Shown piece by piece: positions 1 to 11,137 of a stretch of DNA of 64,000 bases; position 1 is the stretch's first letter, and the number at the start of each line of letters is the position of its first letter. The position numbers and the translations under genes are program-made. The notes beneath the pieces are model-generated. The model was not told the origin of the DNA. It ran no database searches and saw nothing but the letters and a program-made list of their open reading frames with translations. This DNA comes from Nitrospiraceae bacterium (GTDB lineage Bacteria > Nitrospirota > Nitrospiria > Nitrospirales > Nitrospiraceae), in contig JBFWWG010000002.1 of NCBI GenBank assembly GCA_050246315.1, forward strand, positions 64,001 to 128,000, read 5' to 3'.

Positions 1-420
1 GACCTCCGCATCCTGATGCGAGTAGAGGAATTGGAGCGCATTCAGACCGAAATTCACCTTGTCTCGTAGGATCGGCAGGAGTTCGGTCTTGTTCTTCCAG
101 TCCTCGATGGCATCGATGCGCCTCGCCTGTTCGGCAGCTCGATATTCCTGCTCGGCCCGTATCTGGATCCATTCGTCCATGGTAATGGTGCCTTTTTGGA
201 GCAAGAGATCTTCGATGGAGGTCCCACCCGGCGGCAACTCCCCGGGTGCCGGTGGACCGGCTGACGGACCCGGAGGCGTGTCCGCTTGGGCCAAGACTGA
301 TTGAGTCGACCGAGAGACCGGCCGCGTGGGCGATTCCTCCGCGATTGAGCGGCCGGCAAGCAAAGCAAGAACCGTTGCGACGATAGCACTCATCAGTGCG
401 ACTCGCTGAAATCTGCCCAT
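1..420 (-). CDS. Exported protein, probable outer-membrane porin (possibly phosphate-selective OprO/OprP type); N-terminal part only, runs off the window edge
   Basis: Not in the ORF track; translated by hand from ATG 420 with RBS GGAGGGAG: MGRFQRVALMSAIVATVLALLAGRSIAEE...SIEDLLLQKGTITMDEWIQIRAEQEYRAAEQ... (signal peptide, Pro-rich linker, LLxKGxIT helical segment typical of porin N-termini). The porin call rests partly on the phoU/ppx context. Confidence 0.55.
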   Translation of the reverse strand, partial: MGRFQRVALMSAIVATVLALLAGRSIAEESPTRPVSRSTQSVLAQADTPPGPSAGPPAPGELPPGGTSIEDLLLQKGTITMDEWIQIRAEQEYRAAEQARRIDAIEDWKNKTELLPILRDKVNFGLNALQFLYSHQDAEV

Positions 421-553
421 TTCGCTCCCTCCACGCGGCGATCTGAAACGGCACCCTGTCTGTTTGGGAACAGACGGCATCGTCAGGTCATTACAGGCCT
501 CATGCACGATGCCGGCAAGCGATATGGCCCACGACATCGTCCGATATCCGGCA

Positions 554-1155
554 TCAAGTAGTAACGAAGCGAGTTGCAAATCGGCGCCACGAGCCGGCTG
601 AATGCGGAGCCATGTGCCGATTGATCCTTCTCCCGACCGGGTAGACGACCAGTTCGGCGATGCTGGTAGTGTGGTCCGCCACGCGTTCGAATGACTTCGC
701 GTCGAATGTCAGGCGGATCGCATGGGAAACGGTGCGTGGATCCTCCCGCATGCAGGAGAGCAATTCCCGGAATGGCTGACCCATGAGGGCATCGACGAAG
801 ACGTCGTCCCTCAGGATGTTCTGCGCGAGGTGGACATCGCCCCTGACAGGGCTGTCGAGGCTTTCCTTGATGCGTTCCGCCAGATCGCTGATGCGCTCGA
901 GTTCGGGAGAGATTTTCATCGCCGTGGTGATCAGACGGAGATCCCGCGCCGTCGGCTGCTGGAGGGTCAGGAGCCTGATACGATCCTCGTCGATCTCCAC
1001 ATCGAGGGCGTTGATCCGATGGTTCCCCTCGATCACGTGATCGGCAACCGCGGAGTCCCGTCAGGTCAGAGCTTGCAAGACATTCTGGATCTGCCCCTCG
1101 GCCAACCCAACCATTTTCAGCAGCGCCATCAAAATCACGCCCGCTGCAGCGGCAT
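554..1155 (-). pseudogene. phoU: Degraded phosphate transport regulator PhoU
   Basis: INALDVEIDE...QPTARDLRLITTAMKISPELERISDLAE and FERVADHTTSIAE are PhoU motifs. The upstream frame continues as LLKMVGLAEGQIQNVLQALT*RDSAVADHV with an in-frame TGA at 1061-1063. The inter-repeat segment appears deleted near 875 and the extreme N-terminus appears frameshifted. Confidence 0.8.
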
Positions 1156-1342
1156 TGTCCATAAGATCCTCCCCCGGCTAAACCGTGCTGGGCCCGCCGA
1201 TCTTGATAACGAGCCTTTAGCGGACGAGGCACTGAACTCCAACTCTGTGGCGTACAGAGCGATCGGAACCGTCGTTCCAAGAAGCGCCGGAGAAACAGCG
1301 GTTCCGGCACATCGACTACGGCCGACAGAATGCGGAATCGAC

Positions 1343-1380
1343 ATTACCCGGTCATTATGTGATTGTTAAGAAATGGTTAC
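1343..1380 (-). promoter_or_regulatory. Pho-box-like (OmpR/PhoB family) direct repeats with 11-bp periodicity
   Basis: Minus strand GTAAC(1380-1376), TTAAC(1369-1365), ATAAT(1358-1354), GTAAT(1347-1343), each 11 bp apart, in the divergent phoU/ppx intergenic region. Confidence 0.6.
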
Positions 1381-1571
1381 ATCTGATTCACCCTTGAGCC
1401 GGGTGGTCTGAGGTCGGTCGCCAGGCCTCCCTCGCTTGTGCTAAGCTCGAACCCCAGGACGACAGGATTGTCCGCTCTGCTTTGAAACATGGGCGGATCG
1501 GCACGTGAACAGGAGCAGGAGGAACCTCCATTCACCCCGCGCCTCCTTCCCCAATCGCTGCATAGGATCTC

Positions 1572-3125
1572 ATGGCCAAACTCGGTATTCTCGACATCGG
1601 CACCAATTCGATCCACCTCGTTCTTGCCGAGGTCGAATCCGACTTTTCATATAAAATCGTTGATCGACTCAAAGACATCACGCGGTTGGGTGACGGCGCA
1701 TTCGTCGCCAGACGCTTGTCGGATTCGGCTATGGCCCGTGGGTTGGAGGTGGTCCGCAACCTGGTGCGTCTCGCTCGAAACCGAGGATTCGAGCGCATCG
1801 AAGCGGTCGCCACCAGCGCGGTACGGGAGGCCAGAAACGGCGGGCAATTCCTGGAGGAGATCGCACGAGGAACTGGTTTGACCGTCCGCGTGATTACGGG
1901 AGCCGAGGAAGCCCGACTGATTTTCCTGGGCGTTCAACACAGCATGACGCTCACCGAGCGCCCGATCTTGGTCGTCGATGTCGGGGGAGGATCGGTCGAA
2001 CTGGTGGCGGGCAACCGCGATGGTCTGTTACGGGGATGCAGCCTGAAACTGGGCGCCATTCGCCTCAAGGATCTGTACCTGCATCGCAGTCCTAATTCAA
2101 AATCGATGCAAAAGCAGATGCGGGCGCTGATCGGGGCGCAACTGCAGGAAGCTTTCAAGGACTTTCGCCGCACACGGTTCGATCGTATAGTCGCGACCTC
2201 CGGCATGGCAGGCAACATGGCGGAAATCATTCATTTGGAGCGTACCGGGCGACCCCTTCCGCAGCTGAACTTGGCCACGGTCACGTACAAGGAACTCGAT
2301 GCGATGGAGGCGCGCCTGGCCCGGTCCAGCCCCAAGGAACGGTTGGCGATTCCAGGGATCGATGCAAAACGAGTCGATACCCTCTTTCCGGCTGCGGTCG
2401 TACTGCGCATGGTACTCGAGCTCTGTGAAGCGGACGATCTGACCATCAGCGACAAGGCCATAAGGGAAGGCCTGATTTACGATTTTATTCAGCGCCATCG
2501 CGAGAAGATCAAGGCCGAGCAGGAGATACCGGATGTCCGGCGAAGAAACGTTATCGGCCTAGCGAGGCGGTACCAGGTTCCATTGAGTCACGGCGAGCAC
2601 GTGGCCAAGCTGGCGCTTCAACTGTTCGACCAAACCAAGGCCCTTCACGGTTATGGGCGGAGGGAGCGGGAATGGCTGGAATACGCGGCCATGTTGCACG
2701 ATGTCGGCTACATGATTAATCCCCGGCAGCACCACAAACATGCCTATTACTTGATCAAGCACAGCGAGCTGTCGGGATTTCGGTCTGAGGAGATCGAGAT
2801 CATCGCCAATGTCGCACGCTACCACCGGCGCTCGCATCCACACAAGAAACACGGGGTTTACGGAACCTTGTCCGGCTCGTCCCGACGGATCATCGACACG
2901 TTGAGCGCCATGCTACGCGTGGCCGACGGCCTGGATCGTTCCCATTTCGCCGTCACCCGCAGCCTACAGGTCCGCCTTGGAACCACCATCACAATCTCGT
3001 TGCAGACATCCGGCGATGCTGAACTCGAGCTGTGGGCGGCCAAAGGTCGTGCCGACCTGCTCGAGGTGGTGTTGGGCCGCAAGATTCACTTCGTCAAGAT
3101 TCGTGCAAAGGGAGCCGCGGCATGA
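1572..3125 (+). CDS. ppx: Ppx/GppA exopolyphosphatase with C-terminal HD domain
   Basis: LDIGTNS, ATSAVREA, EEARL, DVGGGSVE, AMLHDVG motifs; 517 aa. Confidence 0.95.
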   Translation: MAKLGILDIGTNSIHLVLAEVESDFSYKIVDRLKDITRLGDGAFVARRLSDSAMARGLEVVRNLVRLARNRGFERIEAVATSAVREARNGGQFLEEIARGTGLTVRVITGAEEARLIFLGVQHSMTLTERPILVVDVGGGSVELVAGNRDGLLRGCSLKLGAIRLKDLYLHRSPNSKSMQKQMRALIGAQLQEAFKDFRRTRFDRIVATSGMAGNMAEIIHLERTGRPLPQLNLATVTYKELDAMEARLARSSPKERLAIPGIDAKRVDTLFPAAVVLRMVLELCEADDLTISDKAIREGLIYDFIQRHREKIKAEQEIPDVRRRNVIGLARRYQVPLSHGEHVAKLALQLFDQTKALHGYGRREREWLEYAAMLHDVGYMINPRQHHKHAYYLIKHSELSGFRSEEIEIIANVARYHRRSHPHKKHGVYGTLSGSSRRIIDTLSAMLRVADGLDRSHFAVTRSLQVRLGTTITISLQTSGDAELELWAAKGRADLLEVVLGRKIHFVKIRAKGAAA

Positions 3126-3871
3126 CCGCACAGGTGAGCACGTTCGCGCATCCTCATCCCTATCCGGGGAAATTGATCATCGTCGAAGGCATCGACGGGT
3201 CCGGAAAGAGCACGCAGCTTTCGCTGCTTCAAAAATGGCTGGAGTCGAAAGAATACAAGGTCTTTTTTACGGAATGGAATTCGTCCGAACTCGTCAAGGA
3301 CACCACCAAGCGGGGGAAGAAGAGCAAGTCCTTGACGCCGACCACCTTCAGCCTGCTGCATGCCACCGATTTCGCCACCCGCTTCTACCACGAAATCTTG
3401 CCGCCGTTGAAAGCCGGGATGTTGGTGTTGGCGGATCGCTATGTCTATACCGCGTTCGCGCGCGATGCCGTCCGCGGGGTGTCTCCAGCCTGGGTGCGGA
3501 AGGTCTATCAGTTTGCGGTGCGCCCGGACATGGCCTTCTATTTCAATGTCCCCATCGACCTGGCCATGGGGCGTCTTCTGCGAGGTACGCGCGCCCAACT
3601 CAAATATTACGAGGCCGGCATGGACATGAACCTCCATCCGGATCTGACCGAAAGCTTTCGGATCTTTCAATCACGCATTCTCTTGGAATACGACAAGATC
3701 GTCGGTGAGTACGGCCTGACAGTGATGGACGCGACGAAAGATATCGAGGTCCAGCAAAACGAAATGCGCCGGCTCGTCGATCAGGCGTTGGTCAATTACA
3801 AACCCAAGCGGGGCACGCATGGCAAGCGGACAGTATTTTGGCGACGGTTTAGCGTACGTCGATCCGAGTGA
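3122..3871 (+). CDS. Thymidylate-kinase-like P-loop kinase, copy 1
   Basis: EGIDGSGKST Walker A and LADRY motif; ATG 3122 overlaps the ppx stop (ATGA). Confidence 0.85.
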   Translation: MTAQVSTFAHPHPYPGKLIIVEGIDGSGKSTQLSLLQKWLESKEYKVFFTEWNSSELVKDTTKRGKKSKSLTPTTFSLLHATDFATRFYHEILPPLKAGMLVLADRYVYTAFARDAVRGVSPAWVRKVYQFAVRPDMAFYFNVPIDLAMGRLLRGTRAQLKYYEAGMDMNLHPDLTESFRIFQSRILLEYDKIVGEYGLTVMDATKDIEVQQNEMRRLVDQALVNYKPKRGTHGKRTVFWRRFSVRRSE

Positions 3872-4556
3872 TCTCAAGGGGCAACTGATCGCGATTGAGG
3901 GGACCGACGGGGTCGGCCGCTCCACGCACATCGAATCGCTGCAGGAGTGGCTGGAGGTTCAGGGGTACGGGGTCGTGACGACAGGCTGGACTAGGTCTAC
4001 GCTGATGTCCAAGACCATCGAAATGGCCAAGCAGGGCAACATCCTCGACCGGTGGTCATTCAGCCTCTTGTATGCGACCGATTTTGCGGATCGACTGGAG
4101 CATCAGATCATTCCCGCGCTGCGTTCCGGCTTCATTGTCCTTGCGGACCGGTATATCTACACGGCGTTTGCCCGGGACATCGTTCGGAGCGGCGACCGCA
4201 GGTGGATCAAGGATGTGCTGGGTTTCGCCTTGGTTCCCGATCTCGTGTGCTACCTGCGAATCGACGTGGACACGCTCGCGCTCCGCGTCATTGAAACCAA
4301 GGGCATGGATTTCTGGGAATCGGGCATGGACCTTCGCCTCGGCACGGACCTGTATGACAGCTTCAAGAAATACCAATCGCTCATGATCGAAGAATTTGAC
4401 AAGATGGCCGAAGAATTCGGTTTCGAAGTCGTCGATGCTCGACAACCTCCGGAAGAAATCCAATCGGAGTTGCGTGCGCATATTCAACCGCTGCTAGAGC
4501 GCACGTCCAAGAAGGTCGAATTGCTCGGCACCGACAAAGCTCCCTCCGTGCCATAG
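3819..4556 (+). CDS. Thymidylate-kinase-like protein, copy 2 (Walker A Lys replaced by Arg)
   Basis: EGTDGVGRST and LADRY; paralogous to the upstream gene (SLLxATDFAxR, YTAFARD, ExGMD); overlaps it by 53 nt. Confidence 0.85.
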   Translation: MASGQYFGDGLAYVDPSDLKGQLIAIEGTDGVGRSTHIESLQEWLEVQGYGVVTTGWTRSTLMSKTIEMAKQGNILDRWSFSLLYATDFADRLEHQIIPALRSGFIVLADRYIYTAFARDIVRSGDRRWIKDVLGFALVPDLVCYLRIDVDTLALRVIETKGMDFWESGMDLRLGTDLYDSFKKYQSLMIEEFDKMAEEFGFEVVDARQPPEEIQSELRAHIQPLLERTSKKVELLGTDKAPSVP

Positions 4557-4587
4557 GACCGTCTCGGTCTCACTGGGACTTTTCCCT

Positions 4588-5082
4588 TTACAGACCCCGG
4601 AGTACAGCGGGTGGTATCCACCATTCAAGGAGGCCCCTCCCCGGCTTGGGATGGTCCGCAAAAGTGATCAGGCAGGCGCCGGCTTTTTTCATCGTCAGGG
4701 CTGCGGTGGGTTTCCCGAACAGCATGAGGCTCGCAGTCTCGCTGAGGTGCGGTTCATGTCCCACGCAAATAACCGTAGCGTCGTTGGGCAGCGTGGCCAA
4801 CAGTGGGAACACCTTATCAGGCGGACTGTCGGGGATCAGCTCATCGCAGATCCGGGGCGAGGTTTTTATTTTCAGGATGTGGTAGAGAATCTGAGCGGTT
4901 TCATGCGCACGAAGGAAGGGACTGGTCAGGATTTGGGTGGCTCGGATGTCGAAATGGGCAAGGCCTTCGGCGGCCTGCCGCACGCGGTTTTCTCCCTTCT
5001 TGGTCAGGGGCCGTTGCGCATCTTCTCCCTGCCAGTCTTCCCGCGCGGCGGCGATGCCGTGTCTGAATAGGATGCACTGCAT
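4588..5082 (-). CDS. sixA: SixA-type phosphohistidine phosphatase
   Basis: RHG, RPLT, SPFLRA.ET, VGHEP motifs; start chosen at MQCILFRHG. Confidence 0.9.
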   Translation of the reverse strand: MQCILFRHGIAAAREDWQGEDAQRPLTKKGENRVRQAAEGLAHFDIRATQILTSPFLRAHETAQILYHILKIKTSPRICDELIPDSPPDKVFPLLATLPNDATVICVGHEPHLSETASLMLFGKPTAALTMKKAGACLITFADHPKPGRGLLEWWIPPAVLRGL

Positions 5083-5190
5083 GGTGGGCCGATCTCCTTT
5101 CGCTGGTGAGTCCGGCTGGATTTTATCATCCTTTGGTGTCCTATCGGTAGGTTCAGCCCGCACAAGCCGTCGTCGAGCCGTTGCATCCGC

Positions 5191-5955
5191 TCACGATTTC
5201 CCGACCAGGACGCGTTGGATGGTCTGCACAGCCTCCTCCATCCAGGAACCCTCCGTGGTCTTCTGACGGTCGGCGGCCTCGGCGACCTTCTTGAAGCGCT
5301 CCAACCTCACGGCGGCATCCTTATCACTCGAGGTTGAGACGCTGGCCCGGCGATAGGCGGCAACGGCCTCCGCCATCGATCAAGATCTTCAAGCGTACGC
5401 CCCAGGTAGTGATGGATGGTGATCATCCGACGATTCAGCGGAGCAGCCTGGGTCCCTAAGGCCTAGCGGAAAGCCGCAGCCGCGTCGGGCAATTGTCCGG
5501 TCGTCCGTAGCAAAGACCAAGCTGACCATAGGTCTGTAGGCGTGTCTCCCGTTTCAACCATCGGTGCGCTGGACGATTCGGTCACTTCAGACTCACGATC
5601 CTGTGGCATTGGGACTCCGCCGATTTCCGTAATCTCGTCCGAAAGCGCGTCGTCGGCCGCGATGGCGGCCAGTCCCGTCAGGGCCATTTGAAGGAATAGA
5701 CCGTCGTGGTCTCCATCGCACCCTGTTTCGATCAGGAGACGACTCGTCAGGAACGCGTCATCCCGCTGAGCCGCCGACTCAGCGTGGTGTCGCAGATTGG
5801 ATTCACCACCCGAGGGATTCCGCCAGCCATGCGTCAGCTCAGGGCGCAGGCCCGGTCGGTGGTCAGTTTAGGTCCACAGGCCCCTGCCGCAAGCCGATGG
5901 TGAAGGAATTTACCGGTTCCGCAGCGGGTATCGAAGCGATGCGTGACTCCATACT
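5191..5955 (-). pseudogene. Remnant of an ExeA/GspA-like AAA ATPase C-terminus with TPR-like tail
   Basis: Hand translation gives AGGIPRVVNPICD at 5827-5789 (ExeA-type GGIPRxINxxCD), then AAAAFR*ALG (TAG 5463-5465) and HYLGRTLEDLDR / MAEAVAAYRRA joined by a frameshift near 5376. No Walker A region is present. Confidence 0.55.
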
Positions 5956-5970
5956 CAGGCCGAAAGCCGA

Positions 5971-7939
<1,969 letters not shown>

Positions 7940-8392
7940 ATGCTGCGCACCCTTTCGGCGGCGAGGGGTGAGATGAACGGCGGACCGGTGTGATGAATTC
8001 AACCTAGCAATAGCCATTCGTGAAGGAAAGCGATTTACAATTCCGAGCACCTGTGGCGGACGGCCGCAACCGATCTGGGATGTCTGCTTGGGCGTCCGAC
8101 CTCAGCACAAATGCTCCGAACGCTGTATTCGGAACCCTTCAGAACGACAACCGGACCGCGGCAGGTCGCACTGAAGCTTGCGCAGAGGCACCGCCGCCGC
8201 ACAGTCTCGATGATCATCCTGGTGTGATTCTTTCTTGTCCCACGGGTTGAATGAGCCCGGTCGGACAGGTGTCATGACCTGCCTGGAGCGCGTCGTCGTC
8301 TCTCGTCGTGATTTGTAGTATTTGATTTGCTATTTGCTTCATCGTCACGCTACGATGACAAATTACACGCCCCAAAAGCGATCCGTCGGTCT

Positions 8393-9289
8393 ATGAAAAA
8401 CCTAAGCCGCCAGGCTGTCGTGTTCGCCTTTGTTGCGATCGCCGCCTTTCTGGTTGCCCATACACTCAACGCCTTTGTCGCACAAGCTCTGCTTCCGCCC
8501 TTAGAGGGGACGGAACGGGCTATCGTGCGTCCTGCTACGGACCGTCATGTTCAGGATCTCCGTCAACTAGCTCGCGAGGTTGAGACCAGCCGCCTGTTTG
8601 CGCTGCCTCCCGCTTCGATGCAGCCCGCACCGGGGAGCCCGGTCTCGGGAGGGCCGATGGGGCAGCCCGCCGTCATGGCCGCGCTCGACGCCGTGAAGAA
8701 GCTCCGGTTGCTCGGAACGGTTGTCGGAGATGGCGCGCAGTCGCTCGCCGTACTGGAGCACTTAACCGGGCGCCGGCAGGCTGCGTATCGAGTGGGCGAT
8801 CAGGTCGAGGGGGTCGGTATGGTCAGCGAGATCCGAAAGGAGTCGATTCTGTTGACGCAAGGGCCGCTCCAGGAGGAATTGTTCTTGGACATTCTCCATC
8901 AGTCGGCTCCGGCCGTGGTTCCTGCCGGAGCGGTCGTGGCGCCGGCCTCGACAACGGGATCCGGACCGTTGCGGCGATCCGTCGATCGAGCTGAGCTGAC
9001 GCAGATGCTGTCGGACGTCCCGAAGTTGATGACGCAAGCACGCGCAATTCCCTATATGAACGAAGGAAAGGTCGATGGGTTTCGCATGGACTTTATCATG
9101 AAGGGCAGCTTCTTCGAGAAAATCGGCCTTCAGGCCGGAGACGTACTGCAACGTATCAACGGGGTGGAACTGCGCGATCCAGGCATGGCGCTGGGCCTCT
9201 TTCAACAATTGAGAAACGAGCAAGTCGTGGCGGTGGATGTGCTTCGCAACAATCAACGCACGACCTTGACCTACGATATCAAAGGGTAG
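8393..9289 (+). CDS. gspC: Type II secretion protein C (TM, HR domain, PDZ)
   Basis: N-terminal TM, LRLLGTVVG HR-like segment, C-terminal PDZ (GLQAGDVLQRING); directly upstream of the secretin. Confidence 0.88.
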   Translation: MKNLSRQAVVFAFVAIAAFLVAHTLNAFVAQALLPPLEGTERAIVRPATDRHVQDLRQLAREVETSRLFALPPASMQPAPGSPVSGGPMGQPAVMAALDAVKKLRLLGTVVGDGAQSLAVLEHLTGRRQAAYRVGDQVEGVGMVSEIRKESILLTQGPLQEELFLDILHQSAPAVVPAGAVVAPASTTGSGPLRRSVDRAELTQMLSDVPKLMTQARAIPYMNEGKVDGFRMDFIMKGSFFEKIGLQAGDVLQRINGVELRDPGMALGLFQQLRNEQVVAVDVLRNNQRTTLTYDIKG

Positions 9290-9294
9290 GTTTC

Positions 9295-10905
9295 GTGATC
9301 CCGGCTTTTTGTCCCCATCGACCGATCTCGCGCATTCTCAAACTGTACGGCTTGATCCTGCTTCCGCCCTTGTGCATGGGGCTCCTGACAGGGCCGCACC
9401 CGCTCGGAGCGCAGATGTCCACGACGAAACCCAATGGACAGAGCGGACGCGTCACGCTCGATTTCAACGAAGTCGATTTGCCGGTCGTGATCCGCTTTAT
9501 CAGCGAGCTCACGGGAAAGAACATCGTCGTCGACGAAACGGCCAAGAAGAACAGCGGCAAAATAACTATCTTTTCGCCGACGAAGGTCACTGTGGATCAG
9601 GCCTACCAGATGTTTCTCGCAGCCCTGGAAGTGAACCGGCTCACGGCTATTCCCAAAGGCAACGTGGTGGAGATCGTACAAACCGCCGAGGCGCCCCCGG
9701 AGCGCGCGGTGTTCGTCTACAAACTGAGGCATGCGAATGCGACCGATGTGGCGGCCCTTCTGACGAACTTAGTCGCGCGCGCGGCGGCTCAACCGGTCAG
9801 TACCCAACCTGGCGGACGGCCGCCGATTCGCCCGCTCACGGAATTTGAGGCCCCGGTGCAGGTCTTTGCGGACAAGGCCACCAACGCGGTCGTCATCAGC
9901 TCGACCAAGAACGCCTATGTCATGTTGGAAAGCGTGATCCGCGGGCTCGATACGAAGCGCAATCAGGTGTTCGTGGAAGCCGTGATCCTCGAAGTGGGAG
10001 TAGACCGGCTTCGTCAGATCGGCACGGACCCGGTGCAAGCCGTCGGTGCGGCCAAGGCTGGTGACGTCCAAGGTCTGTTCGGTCTCAATCGAGCGCCGGA
10101 AGATATCGCAACCATCGCGCAAATTTTGAGCGGTGCCACATCGGGCAATACCCTCACGATTCTGGATACCCTCAATATTCGAGTGTTTCTGCAACTCCTC
10201 ATGACGATGACTGATACCAACATCCTCTCAACCCCTCAGGTGTTGGCCGCGGACAACCAAAAGGCCAAGATCGTCGTCGGCGAGAATCGGCCTTTCCCCA
10301 CCGGTCAGGCGCAGGGCATCACCGGAGGAACCCTGGTGACCATCGAGCGGAAGGACGTAGGAGTGACCCTGGAAATGACGCCGCAGGTCCTTGACGACGG
10401 GCTCATCCGCATCGAGGTCAAACAGGAGATCACGGCTATTGCGGAGAATGTGTCTCAGACGATCGGAACCGGAACGTCGTCTGTCCCGGTCGGGCCGACG
10501 ACGACCAAGCGAGCCATGGAGACCACGACCGTGGCCAAGGATGGGCAAACCATTGTGGTCGGCGGGTTGGTCCGCGATAACGTGACGCTGATTGAACGAA
10601 AGATCCCTTTACTTGGCGATATTCCATGGCTCGGGTGGCTATTCCGGTTTCAAGGCAAGCAGTCGGAGAAACTGAACCTCCTTGTCTTCTTGACCCCCCA
10701 TCTGGTACGCGATGAAGTTGACATGGTCGAGCTCAACAGGCGCAAAGCGCAAGAGTCGGACCTTGTCCAACGGCTCAACCGAGTTGACGAACCCACCGCC
10801 GCACAACGCAAGATCCTGGAACAACTGATGCCGAAGACCGCTCCGTCGTCCGACACCCTCCCGGAGCCCGGAGAGCCAGCCGAGACTCCGGTTCCCCAGC
10901 CGTAA
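9295..10905 (+). CDS. gspD: Type II secretion secretin D (short N-terminal region)
   Basis: TLDFNEVDL N0 domain, YKLRHANA N domain, QVFVEAVILEV, ILSTPQV, KIPLLGDIPWLGWLFR secretin motifs. Confidence 0.92.
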   Translation: MIPAFCPHRPISRILKLYGLILLPPLCMGLLTGPHPLGAQMSTTKPNGQSGRVTLDFNEVDLPVVIRFISELTGKNIVVDETAKKNSGKITIFSPTKVTVDQAYQMFLAALEVNRLTAIPKGNVVEIVQTAEAPPERAVFVYKLRHANATDVAALLTNLVARAAAQPVSTQPGGRPPIRPLTEFEAPVQVFADKATNAVVISSTKNAYVMLESVIRGLDTKRNQVFVEAVILEVGVDRLRQIGTDPVQAVGAAKAGDVQGLFGLNRAPEDIATIAQILSGATSGNTLTILDTLNIRVFLQLLMTMTDTNILSTPQVLAADNQKAKIVVGENRPFPTGQAQGITGGTLVTIERKDVGVTLEMTPQVLDDGLIRIEVKQEITAIAENVSQTIGTGTSSVPVGPTTTKRAMETTTVAKDGQTIVVGGLVRDNVTLIERKIPLLGDIPWLGWLFRFQGKQSEKLNLLVFLTPHLVRDEVDMVELNRRKAQESDLVQRLNRVDEPTAAQRKILEQLMPKTAPSSDTLPEPGEPAETPVPQP

Positions 10906-11137
10906 GCTGATCCAACAGGATGTGCCTTTCCCCTCCGGAAGCCTGAGTTGGTGGAATAGGCCGACAACTTGTCACATTAAAATACACGTATTTTGGCCTA
11001 CCACCTCACCTCACCCTTCTTGCAATCCTCGACCACTCCAGACTAGGATGTCTGCGTATCATTCTCAGGTAGACGTTGCGTAAGACTGGCAAGCCTGTCC
11101 GTTCATCTTGCGAGACTTCTGCAAGGGGGTATCCTCG

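Noticed and set aside
483..1369. Long ORFs 483-1310 (-) and 722-1369 (+)
   Set aside because: Alternative-frame and antisense shadows of the phoU pseudogene in GC-rich DNA; no motifs.
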